This document shows positions 9,751 through 19,579 of a stretch of DNA of 21,978 nucleotides, one piece after another. A model generated the notes under the pieces. The model worked only from the letters and a program-made list of their open reading frames with translations, ran no database searches and was not told the DNA's origin. The position numbers were made by a program, and so were the translations under genes. Source of the stretch: Macrostomum lignano (lineage: Eukaryota); NCBI GenBank assembly GCA_002269645.1, contig NIVC01000243.1:1-21978 (forward strand), written 5' to 3'. Every line of letters begins with the position of its first letter. The stretch's first letter is position 1.

Positions 9751-10242
9751 AGGGTCAATCCTTTGTCATATTTCTTTCGAAACAATAGCCAATAGGACAA
9801 ATTTAAAATAATATTTCAAACATTTCAAAAAGAATACTGAAAGCTCAAAAGTGTAGGTCATAGTTTATAAAAAAAATGTTTTTTAACTTTTGAGAAGTAC
9901 TATAATTAAATACAAATAAAAAAATTGATGCTTTTCATTTTCCTACCAATTCTGGTTTTGGAATTGGAATTAATGTGGTTCTGGAACCAATCTTTGTGAA
10001 AAGCCTAATATAATATTTTTCTTGATCTTGGTTTGTTTCAAAAGCAAAAGTAAACATATTTATAATATATATAACAAGGCTGAATAGATTTGGATTGGGC
10101 CTAGCTAAATGTATTTCTAGAAAATAGCCAAACATGATTCTTTATATTGCCATCCTACTTACTAGGCCTAGGCTACTTACCTACTATAGAATATTAATGT
10201 ATAGGAGGGGCTACCTAACCTATGTTTTTAGATAGAGAAAAT

Positions 10243-10356
10243 AGTTTTTATTAGGTCTTATCCTACTGTATTTGTATTTATTTGTGTCTATATGTATTTA
10301 TAGTGTATTATATTTATTATAATACAAATACAATAGGATAAGACCTAATAAAAACT
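10243..10356. repeat. 36-bp inverted repeat (35/36 identical) with a 42-bp AT-rich spacer
   Basis: 10243-10278 agtttttattaggtcttatcctactgtatttgtatt pairs with 10321-10356, with one mismatch. Confidence 0.9.
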
Positions 10357-11303
10357 TTTTTATAAGAAAAGGTTTTTATTATTGTAAACAAGTTTTGACA
10401 ACAAAAAATCTATTTTTTTTAACACTACAAGTATACTTATATATACTATCCATATTATTTTATAGTCATTTTGTATAAATTTAAACGCCATAGTCAGGAA
10501 GAAGACATGTATGCTTTTTTCTAGAGTATATTCAAGAATTTTAGCATATATGTTTATACAAAAAGTTATTTTGGGCTTTTTGTATATGTATTTAATATTT
10601 TGATATATGATGTACCAAAAATACATTATCATTTTATCTATAATCTAGTCACAATAGTTGTCTAGATGCATATATATTATATAATCTTAACATTTGATAA
10701 CTATTTAACACTAAACTAACTTCCATGTTTTTACAAAGTAAGGATTTAAAAAATTAACAAAAAATGCACCAATTTTACTTTTGTTCTTTATTGTTTATAT
10801 AAAACATTATACAAAAATAACTATTATTTTTATTTTTAACTTTGTCTAATTGACAATTTAGAGCTTTGTGTAAGGTAATGTCTGTGTGTATCAGTGTAAA
10901 CCAAAAAAAAAGATTTTTTTCTACTTTCTACTTTTTCTACATATAGTGTTCTAAACTATAGATTAATTAATCTATTCCAAATGCATATATTAGCCAAATT
11001 GACCACACTAATCTATGTGGTATTGTACATAATGTATATAAGTCACACTTAAATCCATTATATATGCTAAAAATTATAGTTTATAAGCCATCTTAGAGAT
11101 TCTAGTCTAAAAATTAAAATCTCACTGAGATGCAGAACAATAGAAGTATTGGATGACTACATGTGTTGAGTGTCAGACTAGAAAAAGTTGAGCTAGACAT
11201 ATTTGGCAACTGTCTCATATTCCCTGCCTCTGTAACACCAAGAATACGGGAATCGCTCAGCGGCCCAAGACGGCAGGCAGGTCTTCCTTCACATCCAGCA
11301 CAA

Positions 11304-12201
11304 ATGGCCGACATATTTGTTGGCTGCGAGTTTCCAACCTATCGCGAACTGCAGGCAGCGGCGGATTGCCTGTCTGACGCCACTGGCAGCCGCCTAGTGA
11401 AGAGCACAGGCACCCGCAGCGCCGGCTGCCACAATTCCATAGTCAAAGCGCCCTACATGCGCATTGATGAGGCCAGTTTGCGCTACAGCTTCCTTAACTT
11501 GGCCTGTCCGCTGGCGCCAGACTGCCAGTTTGGCCTACGCGCCAAAGCCTGTCCGAAGCGCCAGGCGCTGGTTATTGTCCAGCTGTGCCTGGCGCACTCC
11601 GGACACGATTCCCCGGCCCTGTCGGCTGTCGGCCTGCGCGCTCTTGGCTCCATGGCGCTTCGGGAGGCCAGTCTGTGCGGCGACTTGCCAGCGGCGCGCC
11701 GCCTTCTGACTAGCGGCTATTCGGCCGACTCCGCCTGCCCCGCCACGGGCCTGGCGCCGTTGCACTGGGCCGCTATCGGCTGTCAGCCGGGCGCTATCCA
11801 GCTACTGTTGAAGGCCGGCGCCGATCCCGGCCAGACTGATTCGGCGGGACTGACGCCGAGAGATCGAGCTCGGGACCAAGCTACAATAGAGGCGCTGATG
11901 GTGGAACGACAGCCGTGCCTTAGTAGCAGCAGCGGGAGCTCCACGCCGACTGTGAGAAGAGCGGAGACACCGACCGCTGCTACGGCTTCCATCCAGGCTT
12001 CGTTCGCGGTGGAATCAGGCTCCGCTGGGGCTGACGTCACCGCTCCAGCGGCTCATGAGCAGCCGGATGCTGAGCTGCTGATGATGCTGAATCGCTGTCT
12101 ACAATGGCCTGTCTGACTGTGCCTGATTCATCGTTGGCTTTGCCAACCACTCCGCAGGCGGATACCAGTCAGTTGACAGATGGGCGACCAAACAGCGCCA
12201 G
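11304..12201 (+). CDS. Gene 2 exon 1: FAR1/WRKY-GCM1-type (ZSWIM3-N-like) zinc-finger domain, two ankyrin repeats and Ser/Ala/Thr linker; 1-nt deletion near 12074
   Basis: caaATGG start. VGCEFPTYREL...LRYSFLNLAC-x5-C-x23-H-x2-H (11304-11606). Ankyrin consensus LREASLCGD...LL..G and GLAPLHWAA..CQPGAIQLLLKAGADP...GLTP (about 11650-11900). The -1 frame from 12074 is open to the phase-2 donor GCCAG|gtgaga. Confidence 0.8.
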
Positions 12202-12998
12202 GTGAGATTTTGGTCTCAATTCCCACCCTAGTATGTAAGACCTATATATTATGTATAACAAAACCTACTTTTTTAATCGGGTAGTTTGGCCTTAAATCTT
12301 TATTTTTGTATCATTTATAAGTATTGTCTATCCACAGATAGCTAAAACCTATCCGATGAGAGGTTGTGTCACAATATGCATCTATTTTGGCTCCTTTTTA
12401 TTGAGACAGCCGGTATATTGCGCTAAAAAACAGTTACAACAATTATTGATTTTTTTCTTTTTCGCTTCCTCGCTCAAAATAACTGCTATTTTCTTTCCTT
12501 ACTACTGAATAGAATCTTGAACCTAAGAGCCTTAAATTATTTACAAATAGTATCCCGTGCTCATAAAGGTCTTATGTTTTATTGGGCCCAGGATTGCAAC
12601 AAGTTCATAAGCTGTGCTTTGTGGGACTTCGTCTATAATATTATATATTACTATTATTATTGTATGCAACTCACCATGGCAGTGGTCAATGACACCAATG
12701 GTTCCCCATAGCCACGACGAGGTAAAGCGGAAAGGAAGTGAAAGAAAACAAAAGGAGAGAATGGAAGGCGAACAAGACAAAGGAAAAAAGCCAAATGCTT
12801 CCATAATTTACAGTGTGCGGGGATGAAGCACTGCTTCTGTGGCTCTGCTCTAGAGAAAGGAAGCCTAAAGGAGAAGCTGGGCTGTTTGCTGCTAGAACGG
12901 AGACCATTAGGTGTGATTGTGGAGAGAGGAGCTGCTAGAGTTCACTGGAGCCTTTATTCTATAAGCATGATTTAATAAAATCTAATCCGTAACAACAG

Positions 12999-13381
12999 GC
13001 GTTCCAGCTCGAATTGTGGCGGCGAAATCAGGCAGCAGCGTCTGCGGCAGCCGCATTGCTCAGCCGGCAGCGGCAGCAGGCGCCGGCGCTGCCTGACGCC
13101 GTTCGAAATCGACCCCGAACGGCATTTGCGCTGTCCGGCCGCTGTCGCCGGCCATCCGACCGCGCTCCTTGCCGCTTGGCGGGCCGAGGCGCCTCGTTTA
13201 TTGGCTGAACGAGTCGCCGCGGGTGCCAGCGGTGCTGCCGGGGCGAACAAGGCCAGCCTGATCTGCTGTTGGCAGTGCGCCGGCGCTCTGCTAACTGGCC
13301 TGGAGGCCGCCACCGGGGCCAACCTGCTAGTGACTAACTCTGTGTCGATTGAGAGCTACTTATCCAGGCATCCGGGCTCTG
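12999..13381 (+). CDS. Gene 2 exon 2: linker and N-terminal half of a second FAR1/ZSWIM3-N-like domain
   Basis: Acceptor aacaacag|, GC-rich. The phase-2 entry gives an open frame throughout (RRSSSNCGG...LLTGLEAATGANLLVTNSVSIESYL). Phase-1 donor TCTG|gtaatt. Confidence 0.75.
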
Positions 13382-13464
13382 GTAATTGCTGGTTGTCTGT
13401 TGATGGTATTGAATTCAATAGCCAGTTACTATCAGTATCTGTTTTAGCTCGTTATGGTCTAACT

Positions 13465-13480
13465 CAGGGGTCGGCAAACC
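13465..13480 (+). mobile_element. Orphan hAT-like terminal inverted repeat CAGGGGTCGGCAAACC
   Basis: Matches the typical Charlie/MER58-type terminus and is preceded by the Charlie-like target gtctaact. No partner end was found. Confidence 0.45.
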
Positions 13481-13489
13481 CCGGGTTTG

Positions 13490-13568
13490 TCTCTTCTCGG
13501 CTCTCTTCTGTCTCCTCTTCTCTCTTCTCTCTTCTCCTCTTCTCTCTTCTCCTCTTCTCTCTCTCTCT

Positions 13569-13604
<36 letters not shown>

Positions 13605-16012
13605 TCCTCTTCTCTCTCTTCTCTCTTCTCTCTTCTCCTCTTCTCTCTTCTCCTCTTCTCTCTTCTCCTCTTCTCTCTTCTCTCTTCCCTCTTCTCCTCT
13701 TCTCTTCTCTCTTCTCCTCTTCTCTCTTCTCTCTTCTCCTCTTCTCTCTTCTCCTCTTCTCTCTTCTCTCTTCTCCTCTTCTCTCTTCTCTCTTCTCTCT
13801 TCTCTCTTCTCTCTTCTCTCTTCTCCTCTTCTCTCTTCTCCTCTTCTCTCTTCTCTCTTCTCCTCTTCTCTCTTCTCTCTTCTCTCTTCTCTCTTCTCTC
13901 TTCTCTCTTCCTCTTCTCTCTTCTCTCTTCTCTCTTCTCTCTTCTCTCTTCTCTCTTCTCTCTTCTCTCTTCTCCTCTTCTCTCTTCTCTCTCCTCTTCT
14001 CTCTTCTCTCTTCTCTCTTCTCTCTCTCTCTCTTCTCTCTTCTCTCTTCTCTCTTCTCCTCTTCTCTCTCTCTTCTCCTCTTCTCTCTTCTCCTCTTCTC
14101 TCTTCTCTCTTCTCCTCTTCTCTCTTCTCCTCTCCTCTTCTCTCTTCTCTCTTCTCTCTTCTCCTCTTCTCTCTTCTCTCTTCTCCTCTTCTCTCTTCTC
14201 CTCTTCTCTCTTCTCTCTTCTCTCTTCTCTCTTCTCCTCTTCTCTCTTCTCTTCTCTCTTCTCCTCTTCTCTCTTCTCTCTTCTCTCTTCTCTCTTCTCT
14301 CTTCTCCTCTTCTTTCTTCTCCTCTTCTCTCTTCTCTCTTCTCCTTTCTCTCTTCTCTCTTCTCTTCTCTCTCTTCTCTCTTCTCTCTTCTCTCTTCTCC
14401 TCTTCTCTCTTCTCTCTTCTCTCTTCTCTCTTTCTCTCCTCTTCTCTCTTCTCTCTTCTCTCTTCTCTCTTCTCTCTTCTCTCTTCTCTCTTCTCTCTTT
14501 CTCTTCTTCTTTCTCTTCTCTCTTCTCTCTTCTCTCTTCTCTCTTCTCTCTTCTCCTCTTCTCTCTTCTCTCTTCTCTCTTCTCTCTTCTCCTCTTCTCT
14601 CTTCTCTCTTCTCTCTTCTCTCTTCTCTCTTCTCTTCTCTCTCTCTCTTCTCTCTTCTCTCTTCTCTCTTCTCTCTTCTCCTCTTCTCTCTTCTCTCTTC
14701 TTTCTTCTCCTCTTCTCTCTTCTCTCTTCTCTGTTCTCTCTTCTCTCTCTCTCTTCTCTTCTCTCTTCTCTCTTCTCTCTTCTCTCTTCTCCTCTTCTCT
14801 CTTCTCCTCTTCTCTCTTCTCTCTTCTCTCTCCTCTTCTCTCTTCTCCTCTTCTCTCTTCTCTCTTCTCCTCTTCTCTCTTCTCTCTTCTCCTCTTCTCT
14901 CTTCTCCTCTTCTCTCTTCTTCTCTTCTCTCTTCTCTCTTCTCCTCTTCTCTCTTCTCTCTTCTCCTCTTCTCTCTTCTCCTCTTCTCTCTTCTCTCTTC
15001 TCTCTTCTCTCTTCTCCTCTTCTCTCTTCTCCTCTTCTCTCTTCTCTCTTCTCTCTCCTCTTCTCTCTTCTCCTCTTCTCTCTTCTCTCTTCTCCTCTTC
15101 TCTCTTCTCCTCTTCTCTCTTCTCCTCTTCTCTCTTCTCCTCTTCTCCTCTTCTCTCTTCTCCTCTTCTCTCTTCTCTCTTCTCTCTTCTCTCTTCTCCT
15201 CTTCTCTCTTCTCTTCTCTCTTCTCCTCTTCTCTCTTCTCTCTTCTCTCTTCTCTCTTCTCCTCTTCTCTCTTCTTTCTTCTCTTCTCTCTTCTCTCTTC
15301 TCCTCTTCTCTCTTCTCTCTTCTCCGCTTCTCCTCTTCTCTCTTCTCTCTTCTCTCTTCTCCTCTTCTCTCTTCTCCTCTTCTCTCTTCTCTCTTCTCTC
15401 TCCTCTTCTCTCTTCTCCTCTTCTCTCTTCTCTCTTCTCTCTTCTCCTCTTCTCCTCTTCTCTCTTCTCTCTTCTCCTCTTCTCTCTTCTCTCTTCTCCT
15501 CTTCTCTCTTCTCCTCTTCTCTCTTCTCTCTCTCTCTCTCCTCTTCTCTCTTTTCCTCTTCTCCTCTTCTCTCTTCTCCTCTTCTCTCTTTTCCTCTTCT
15601 CTCTTTTCCTCTTCTCTCTTTTCCTCTTCTCTCTTCTCTCTTCTCCTCTTCTCTCTTCTCTCTTCTCCTCTTCTCTCTTCTCTCTTCTCCTCTTCTCCTC
15701 TTCTCTCTTCTCCTCTTCTCCTCTTCTCTCTTCTCTCTTCTCCTCTTCTCTCTTCTCTCTTCTCCTCTTCTCTCTTCTCCTCTTCTCTCTTTTCCTCTTC
15801 TCTCTTTTCCTCTTCTCTCTTCTCTCTTTTCCTCTTCTCTCTTCTCTCTTCTCTTCTCTCTTCTCCTCTTCTCTCTTCTCTCTTTTCCTCTTCTCTCTTT
15901 TCCTCTTCTCTCTTCTCTCTTCTCCTCTTCTCTCTTCTCTCTTCTCTTCTTTCTTCTCTTCTCTCTTCTCTTCTCTCTCCTCCCCTTCTCTCTTCTCCTC
16001 TTCTCATCTCTC
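13490..16012. repeat. About 2.5-kb homopyrimidine CT satellite (mixed TTCTC, TTCTCTC and TTCTCCTC units) in intron 2 of gene 2
   Basis: Directly visible. Only two purines (G14733, G15326) were spotted between 13511 and 16005. Confidence 0.99.
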
Positions 16013-16310
16013 GCTGTACACCCTGTGTGAGCGTGTATGAGTGCCGTGCCTGCGTACAGTATTAGAGGGCTTGTATTGTGCTCAGGAGTCAGCGGAATGG
16101 GCAGAATTGCCTCAGCGATCTCGTCGAAGGCGTTAGGCCAGGGTGTCCGCAGCCTTGCCATTGTTGTGAGGCCTCCCATCTTCTAGCTTTCTTATTGTAG
16201 CAAGTCCGCTATCTTCCCAGTGTGACCCATTGTTTTGACATCGCTATCCCCCAAATTCCCCATTTTCATCGGTTAAAATAATTTTTTTACTGTCTTTCAA
16301 AATTTCACAG

Positions 16311-16518
16311 GTAGATTGGCCGATCTAATTCATCTAAAATATGCCCAGGTGTTTGTGCTGTGCGATCATTCGCCTAGGCTGGGCCATCGCAGGCCTACTA
16401 GGCTGCCCAGGGCCAGGCTGAACTGTCCATTTCAGCTGGTGCTACGCCTTGCCGCTGCTCAGCGGGCTCTGTACGTGGCGGCTCACAGCAGTTTGGAGCA
16501 CAACCATCCTGTGGGCAG
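16311..16518 (+). CDS. Gene 2 exon 3: zinc-ligand half of the second FAR1/ZSWIM3-N-like domain
   Basis: Strong acceptor ctttcaaaatttcacag| in phase 1, matching the donor at 13381. Reads LKYAQVFVLC-x20-CPFQLVLRL...LYV...EHNH (C-x20-C-x24-H-x-H). Phase-2 donor GGCAG|gtgaga. Confidence 0.82.
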
Positions 16519-16529
16519 GTGAGATTTTT

Positions 16530-17885
16530 GGCCGCTATCTGCCAGTGTCCATTGTAGTGAGGCCGCTATCTGCCAGTGTCCATTGTAGTGAGGCCGCTAT
16601 CTGCCAGTGTCCATTGTAGTGAGGCCGCTATCTGCCAGTGTCCATTGTAGTGAGGCCGCTATCTGCCAGGGTCCATTGTAGTGAGGCCGCTATCTGCCAG
16701 TGTCCATTGTAGTGAGGCCGCTATCTGCCAGTGTCCATTGTAGTGAGGCCGCTATCTGCCAGTGTCCGTTGTAGTGAGGCCGCTATCTGCCAGTGTCCGT
16801 TGTAGTGAGGCCGCTATCTGCCAGTGTCCATTGTAGTGAGGCCGCTATCTGCCAGTGTCCGTTGTAGTGAGGCCGCTATCTGCCAGTGTCCATTGTAGTG
16901 AGGCCGCTATCTGCCAGGCGTCCATTGTAGTGAGGCCGCTATCTGCCAGTGTCCATTGTAGTGAGGCCGCTATCTGCCAGTGTCCATTGTAGTGAGGCCG
17001 CTATCTGCCAGTGTCCATTGTAGTGAGGCCGCTATCTGCCAGTGTCCGTTGTAGTGAGGCCGCTATCTGCCAGTGTCCATTGTAGTGAGGCCGCTATCTG
17101 CCAGGGTCCATTGTAGTGAGGCCGCTATCTGCCAGTGTCCGTTGTAGTGAGGCCGCTATCTGCCAGTGTCCATTGTAGTGAGGCCGCTATCTGCCAGTGT
17201 CCATTGTAGTGAGGCCGCTATCTGCCAGTGTCCGTTGTAGTGAGGCCGCTATCTGCCAGTGTCCATTGTAGTGAGGCCGCTATCTGCCAGTGTCCATTGT
17301 AGTGAGGCCGCTATCTGCCAGTGTCCATTGTAGTGAGGCCGCTATCTGCCAGTGTCCGTTGTAGTGAGGCTGCTATCTGCCAGTGTCCATTGTAGTGAGG
17401 CCGCTATCTGCCAGTGTCCATTGTAGTGAGGCCGCTATCTGCCAGTGTCCATTGTAGTGAGGCCGCTATCTGCCAGTGTCCATTGTAGTGAGGCCGCTAT
17501 CTGCCAGTGTCCATTGTAGTGAGGCCGCTATCTGCCAGTGTCCATTGTAGTGAGGCCGCTATCTGCCAGTGTCCGTTGTAGTGAGGCCGCTATCTGCCAG
17601 TGTCCATTGTAGTGAGGCCGCTATCTGCCAGTGTCCATTGTAGTGAGGCCGCTATCTGCCAGTGTCCGTTGTAGTGAGGCCGCTATCTGCCAGTGTCCAT
17701 TGTAGTGAGGCCGCTATCTGCCAGTGTCCATTGTAGTGAGGCCGCTATCTGCCAGTGTCCATTGTAGTGAGGCCGCTATCTGCCAGTGTCCGTTGTAGTG
17801 AGGCCGCTATCTGCCAGTGTCCATTGTAGTGAGGCCGCTATCTGCCAGTGTCCGTTGTAGTGAGGCTGCTATCTGCCAGTGTCCA
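16530..17885. repeat. 31-bp minisatellite, type A (GAGGCCGCTATCTGCCA-GTGTCCATTGTAGT), about 43-44 copies
   Basis: Near-identical tandem units. Recurring variants are ccgttg, gggtcc and ggctgct. Confidence 0.99.
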
Positions 17886-18406
17886 TAATTGAGAGGCCGC
17901 TTTCTCCCATGATCCCTAATTGTGAGGCCGCTATCTGCCATGATCCCCAATTGTGAGGCCGCTATCTGCCATGATCCCCAATTGTGAGGCCGCTATCTGC
18001 CATGATCCCCAATTGTGAGGCCGCTATCTGCCATGATCCCCAATTGTGAGGCCGCTATCTGCCATGATCCCTAATTGTGAGGCCGCTATCTGCCATGATC
18101 CCCAATTGTGAGGCCGCTATCTGCCATGATCCCTAATTGTGAGGCCGCTATCTGCCATGATCCCTAATTGTGAGGCCGCTATCTGCCATGATCCCTAATT
18201 GTGAGGCCGCTATCTGCCATGATCCCTAATTGTGAGGCCGCTATCTGCCATGATCCCTAATTGTGAGGCCGCTATCTGCCATGATCCCTAATTGTGAGGC
18301 CGCTATCTGCCATGATCCCTAATTGTGAGGCCGCTATCTGCCATGATCCCTAATTGTGAGGCCGCTATCTGCCATGATCCCTAATTGTGAGGCCGCTTTC
18401 TCCCAG
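17886..18406. repeat. 31-bp minisatellite, type B (GAGGCCGCTATCTGCCA-TGATCCC(T/C)AATTGT), about 16-17 copies
   Basis: Same 17-bp core and period as type A with a different second half. The sub-array is bounded at both ends by a ctttctccca variant. Confidence 0.98.
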
Positions 18407-18432
18407 CGTCCCCAAGTATGAGGCTGCCCCAG

Positions 18433-19351
18433 GCACACATGTACACACGAGCCGCAAACCACAGCATCGCCGACCCTACTGAAACCGCCTGCCCGCAGGC
18501 CAGCCGACCGGCTCAGCCGCCGGGTTGGCTACAGCCGTCTCGGCACCCAACGCTTGCAGCCGTCGAGGTCGTCGCAGCCTCGGTCACCACCACCGGAGGA
18601 TGTCGGCGTCGATTTCAACCTGGCCGACGGAGACTCCGCCGTCGACGACACCGAAGGCGTGGCCAACATTGGCGTCTGCTTTGACTTGGCCGCCGCCGAT
18701 GACCAACGGCGTAGAATGAAGACAGCCTACCCCATTGTGCCGTTCGCGCCGCCAGAGATGCGTATAGTAAAGTTTATGGCTATGGGATTTCGTCAGGATG
18801 GGCGCCAAGATGAAGCTACGCAGCAGGTGCTGCAGCAGCGTCCAAGGCCGCCGAGGAAACCGCAGCAGCAGCAGCAGCCGTCGCCGTGGCCGGCTGCTTC
18901 AGTCCGTTGGAGCGATCGAGCGGGTTTCCCGTGCCTAAAAGTTTATCGCGGCGGAGCGGCACAAAGCGGAGCCGCTGTCCCGGCTGTTGTGACTGCCGTT
19001 CCGGGCCGATGCGGTGCAGCTCAGCAGCAGCCGGGTGTCTCCCAGAGACCTGGTGCGCTCAGCCTGTTGGCAACTGCTCAGAAGCAGCCAGTTGATCCTC
19101 AGATTCAGAAGCTCTGGGACATCGGCGAGTCCGACTTAACGGCAGCTACAGATTCCGCGGCCACGGCGACAGTCCGTCTGAAGTGGCCGGATCCGACTTG
19201 TCCGCTTGGATTGTCCGCCTGTCTGACAGTTGAGCAAATATTAATCAACAAAATCATTTTTGGCGCCTCGCATTTCTGCTGCCGATTGGCCTGTATGTAC
19301 AATATTAACTTAATTGCATGCAGTAGCAGCAGACTTCTACAGACTTCCTAG
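18433..19351 (+). CDS. Gene 2 probable last exon: low-complexity Pro/Gln/Ala-rich and acidic C-terminus
   Basis: GC-rich frame open from 18422 to TAG at 19351. The AG at 18431-18432 gives the phase-2 join required by exon 3, but its pyrimidine tract is weak. The repaired four-exon CDS is 2409 nt (802 aa). The last ~40 codons are AT-richer and doubtful. Confidence 0.55.
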
Positions 19352-19579
19352 TCTTTCAGTGACACTGCCAGCCTGAGAACTGCTTTGCTGGTGCATAGTT
19401 TTGCTTTCAAAATGCTTTTCATAACTCCTGTTAATTTATTTCTCTACAGTTGCATTTTGGTGTATAGTTGCAGCATTAAAGTACAGAACTAATTTTCATT
19501 TGAATTTCTTTCGCTTGTCTTTTTCTTTTCAGTTTTTCTGCCAAGAAGAAATACATCCTTTTTTCTTGTATTGAGTACA

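Larger units (their letters stand above)
7835..10006. mobile_element. Possible 2.2-kb non-autonomous DNA transposon with 10-bp TIRs (AGGCTTTTCA) and 3-bp TSD AAT
   Basis: aat|AGGCTTTTCA...TTCCAGAACCA at the left and TGGTTCTGGAA...TGAAAAGCCT|aat at the right. Another copy of the left end sits at 7488, so this pairing is uncertain. Confidence 0.4.

Noticed and set aside
11163-11303. First 47 codons of the 317-aa ORF
   Set aside because: TTG start with no domain similarity. The ATG at 11304 has better context and coincides with the domain start.
12600-12960. Purine-rich segment and short ORFs in intron 1 of gene 2
   Set aside because: No recognisable motif, termini or phase-compatible splice pair.
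16013-16152. GCTGTACACCCTG and CAGGGTGTCCGCAGC as hAT termini closing the CT tract
   Set aside because: They do not match the TIR at 13465, there is no TSD, and the two face outward.
13126-16179. 847-979 aa ORFs on both strands (Ser/Leu/Phe-rich or Arg/Glu/Lys-rich)
   Set aside because: A pyrimidine-only tract cannot contain stop codons on either strand, so these ORFs are artefacts. Only 12999-13381 is exonic.
16530-18406. CRISPR-like constant-plus-variable architecture
   Set aside because: The variable halves are themselves repeated, there are no unique spacers or cas genes, and the context is a eukaryotic intron.
18418-18684. Alternative acceptor at 18464 (aaaccacag) and the 88-aa ORF frame
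   Set aside because: In phase 2 it enters a frame that stops at 18684 and skips the more protein-like long frame. It remains possible only with a further frameshift.
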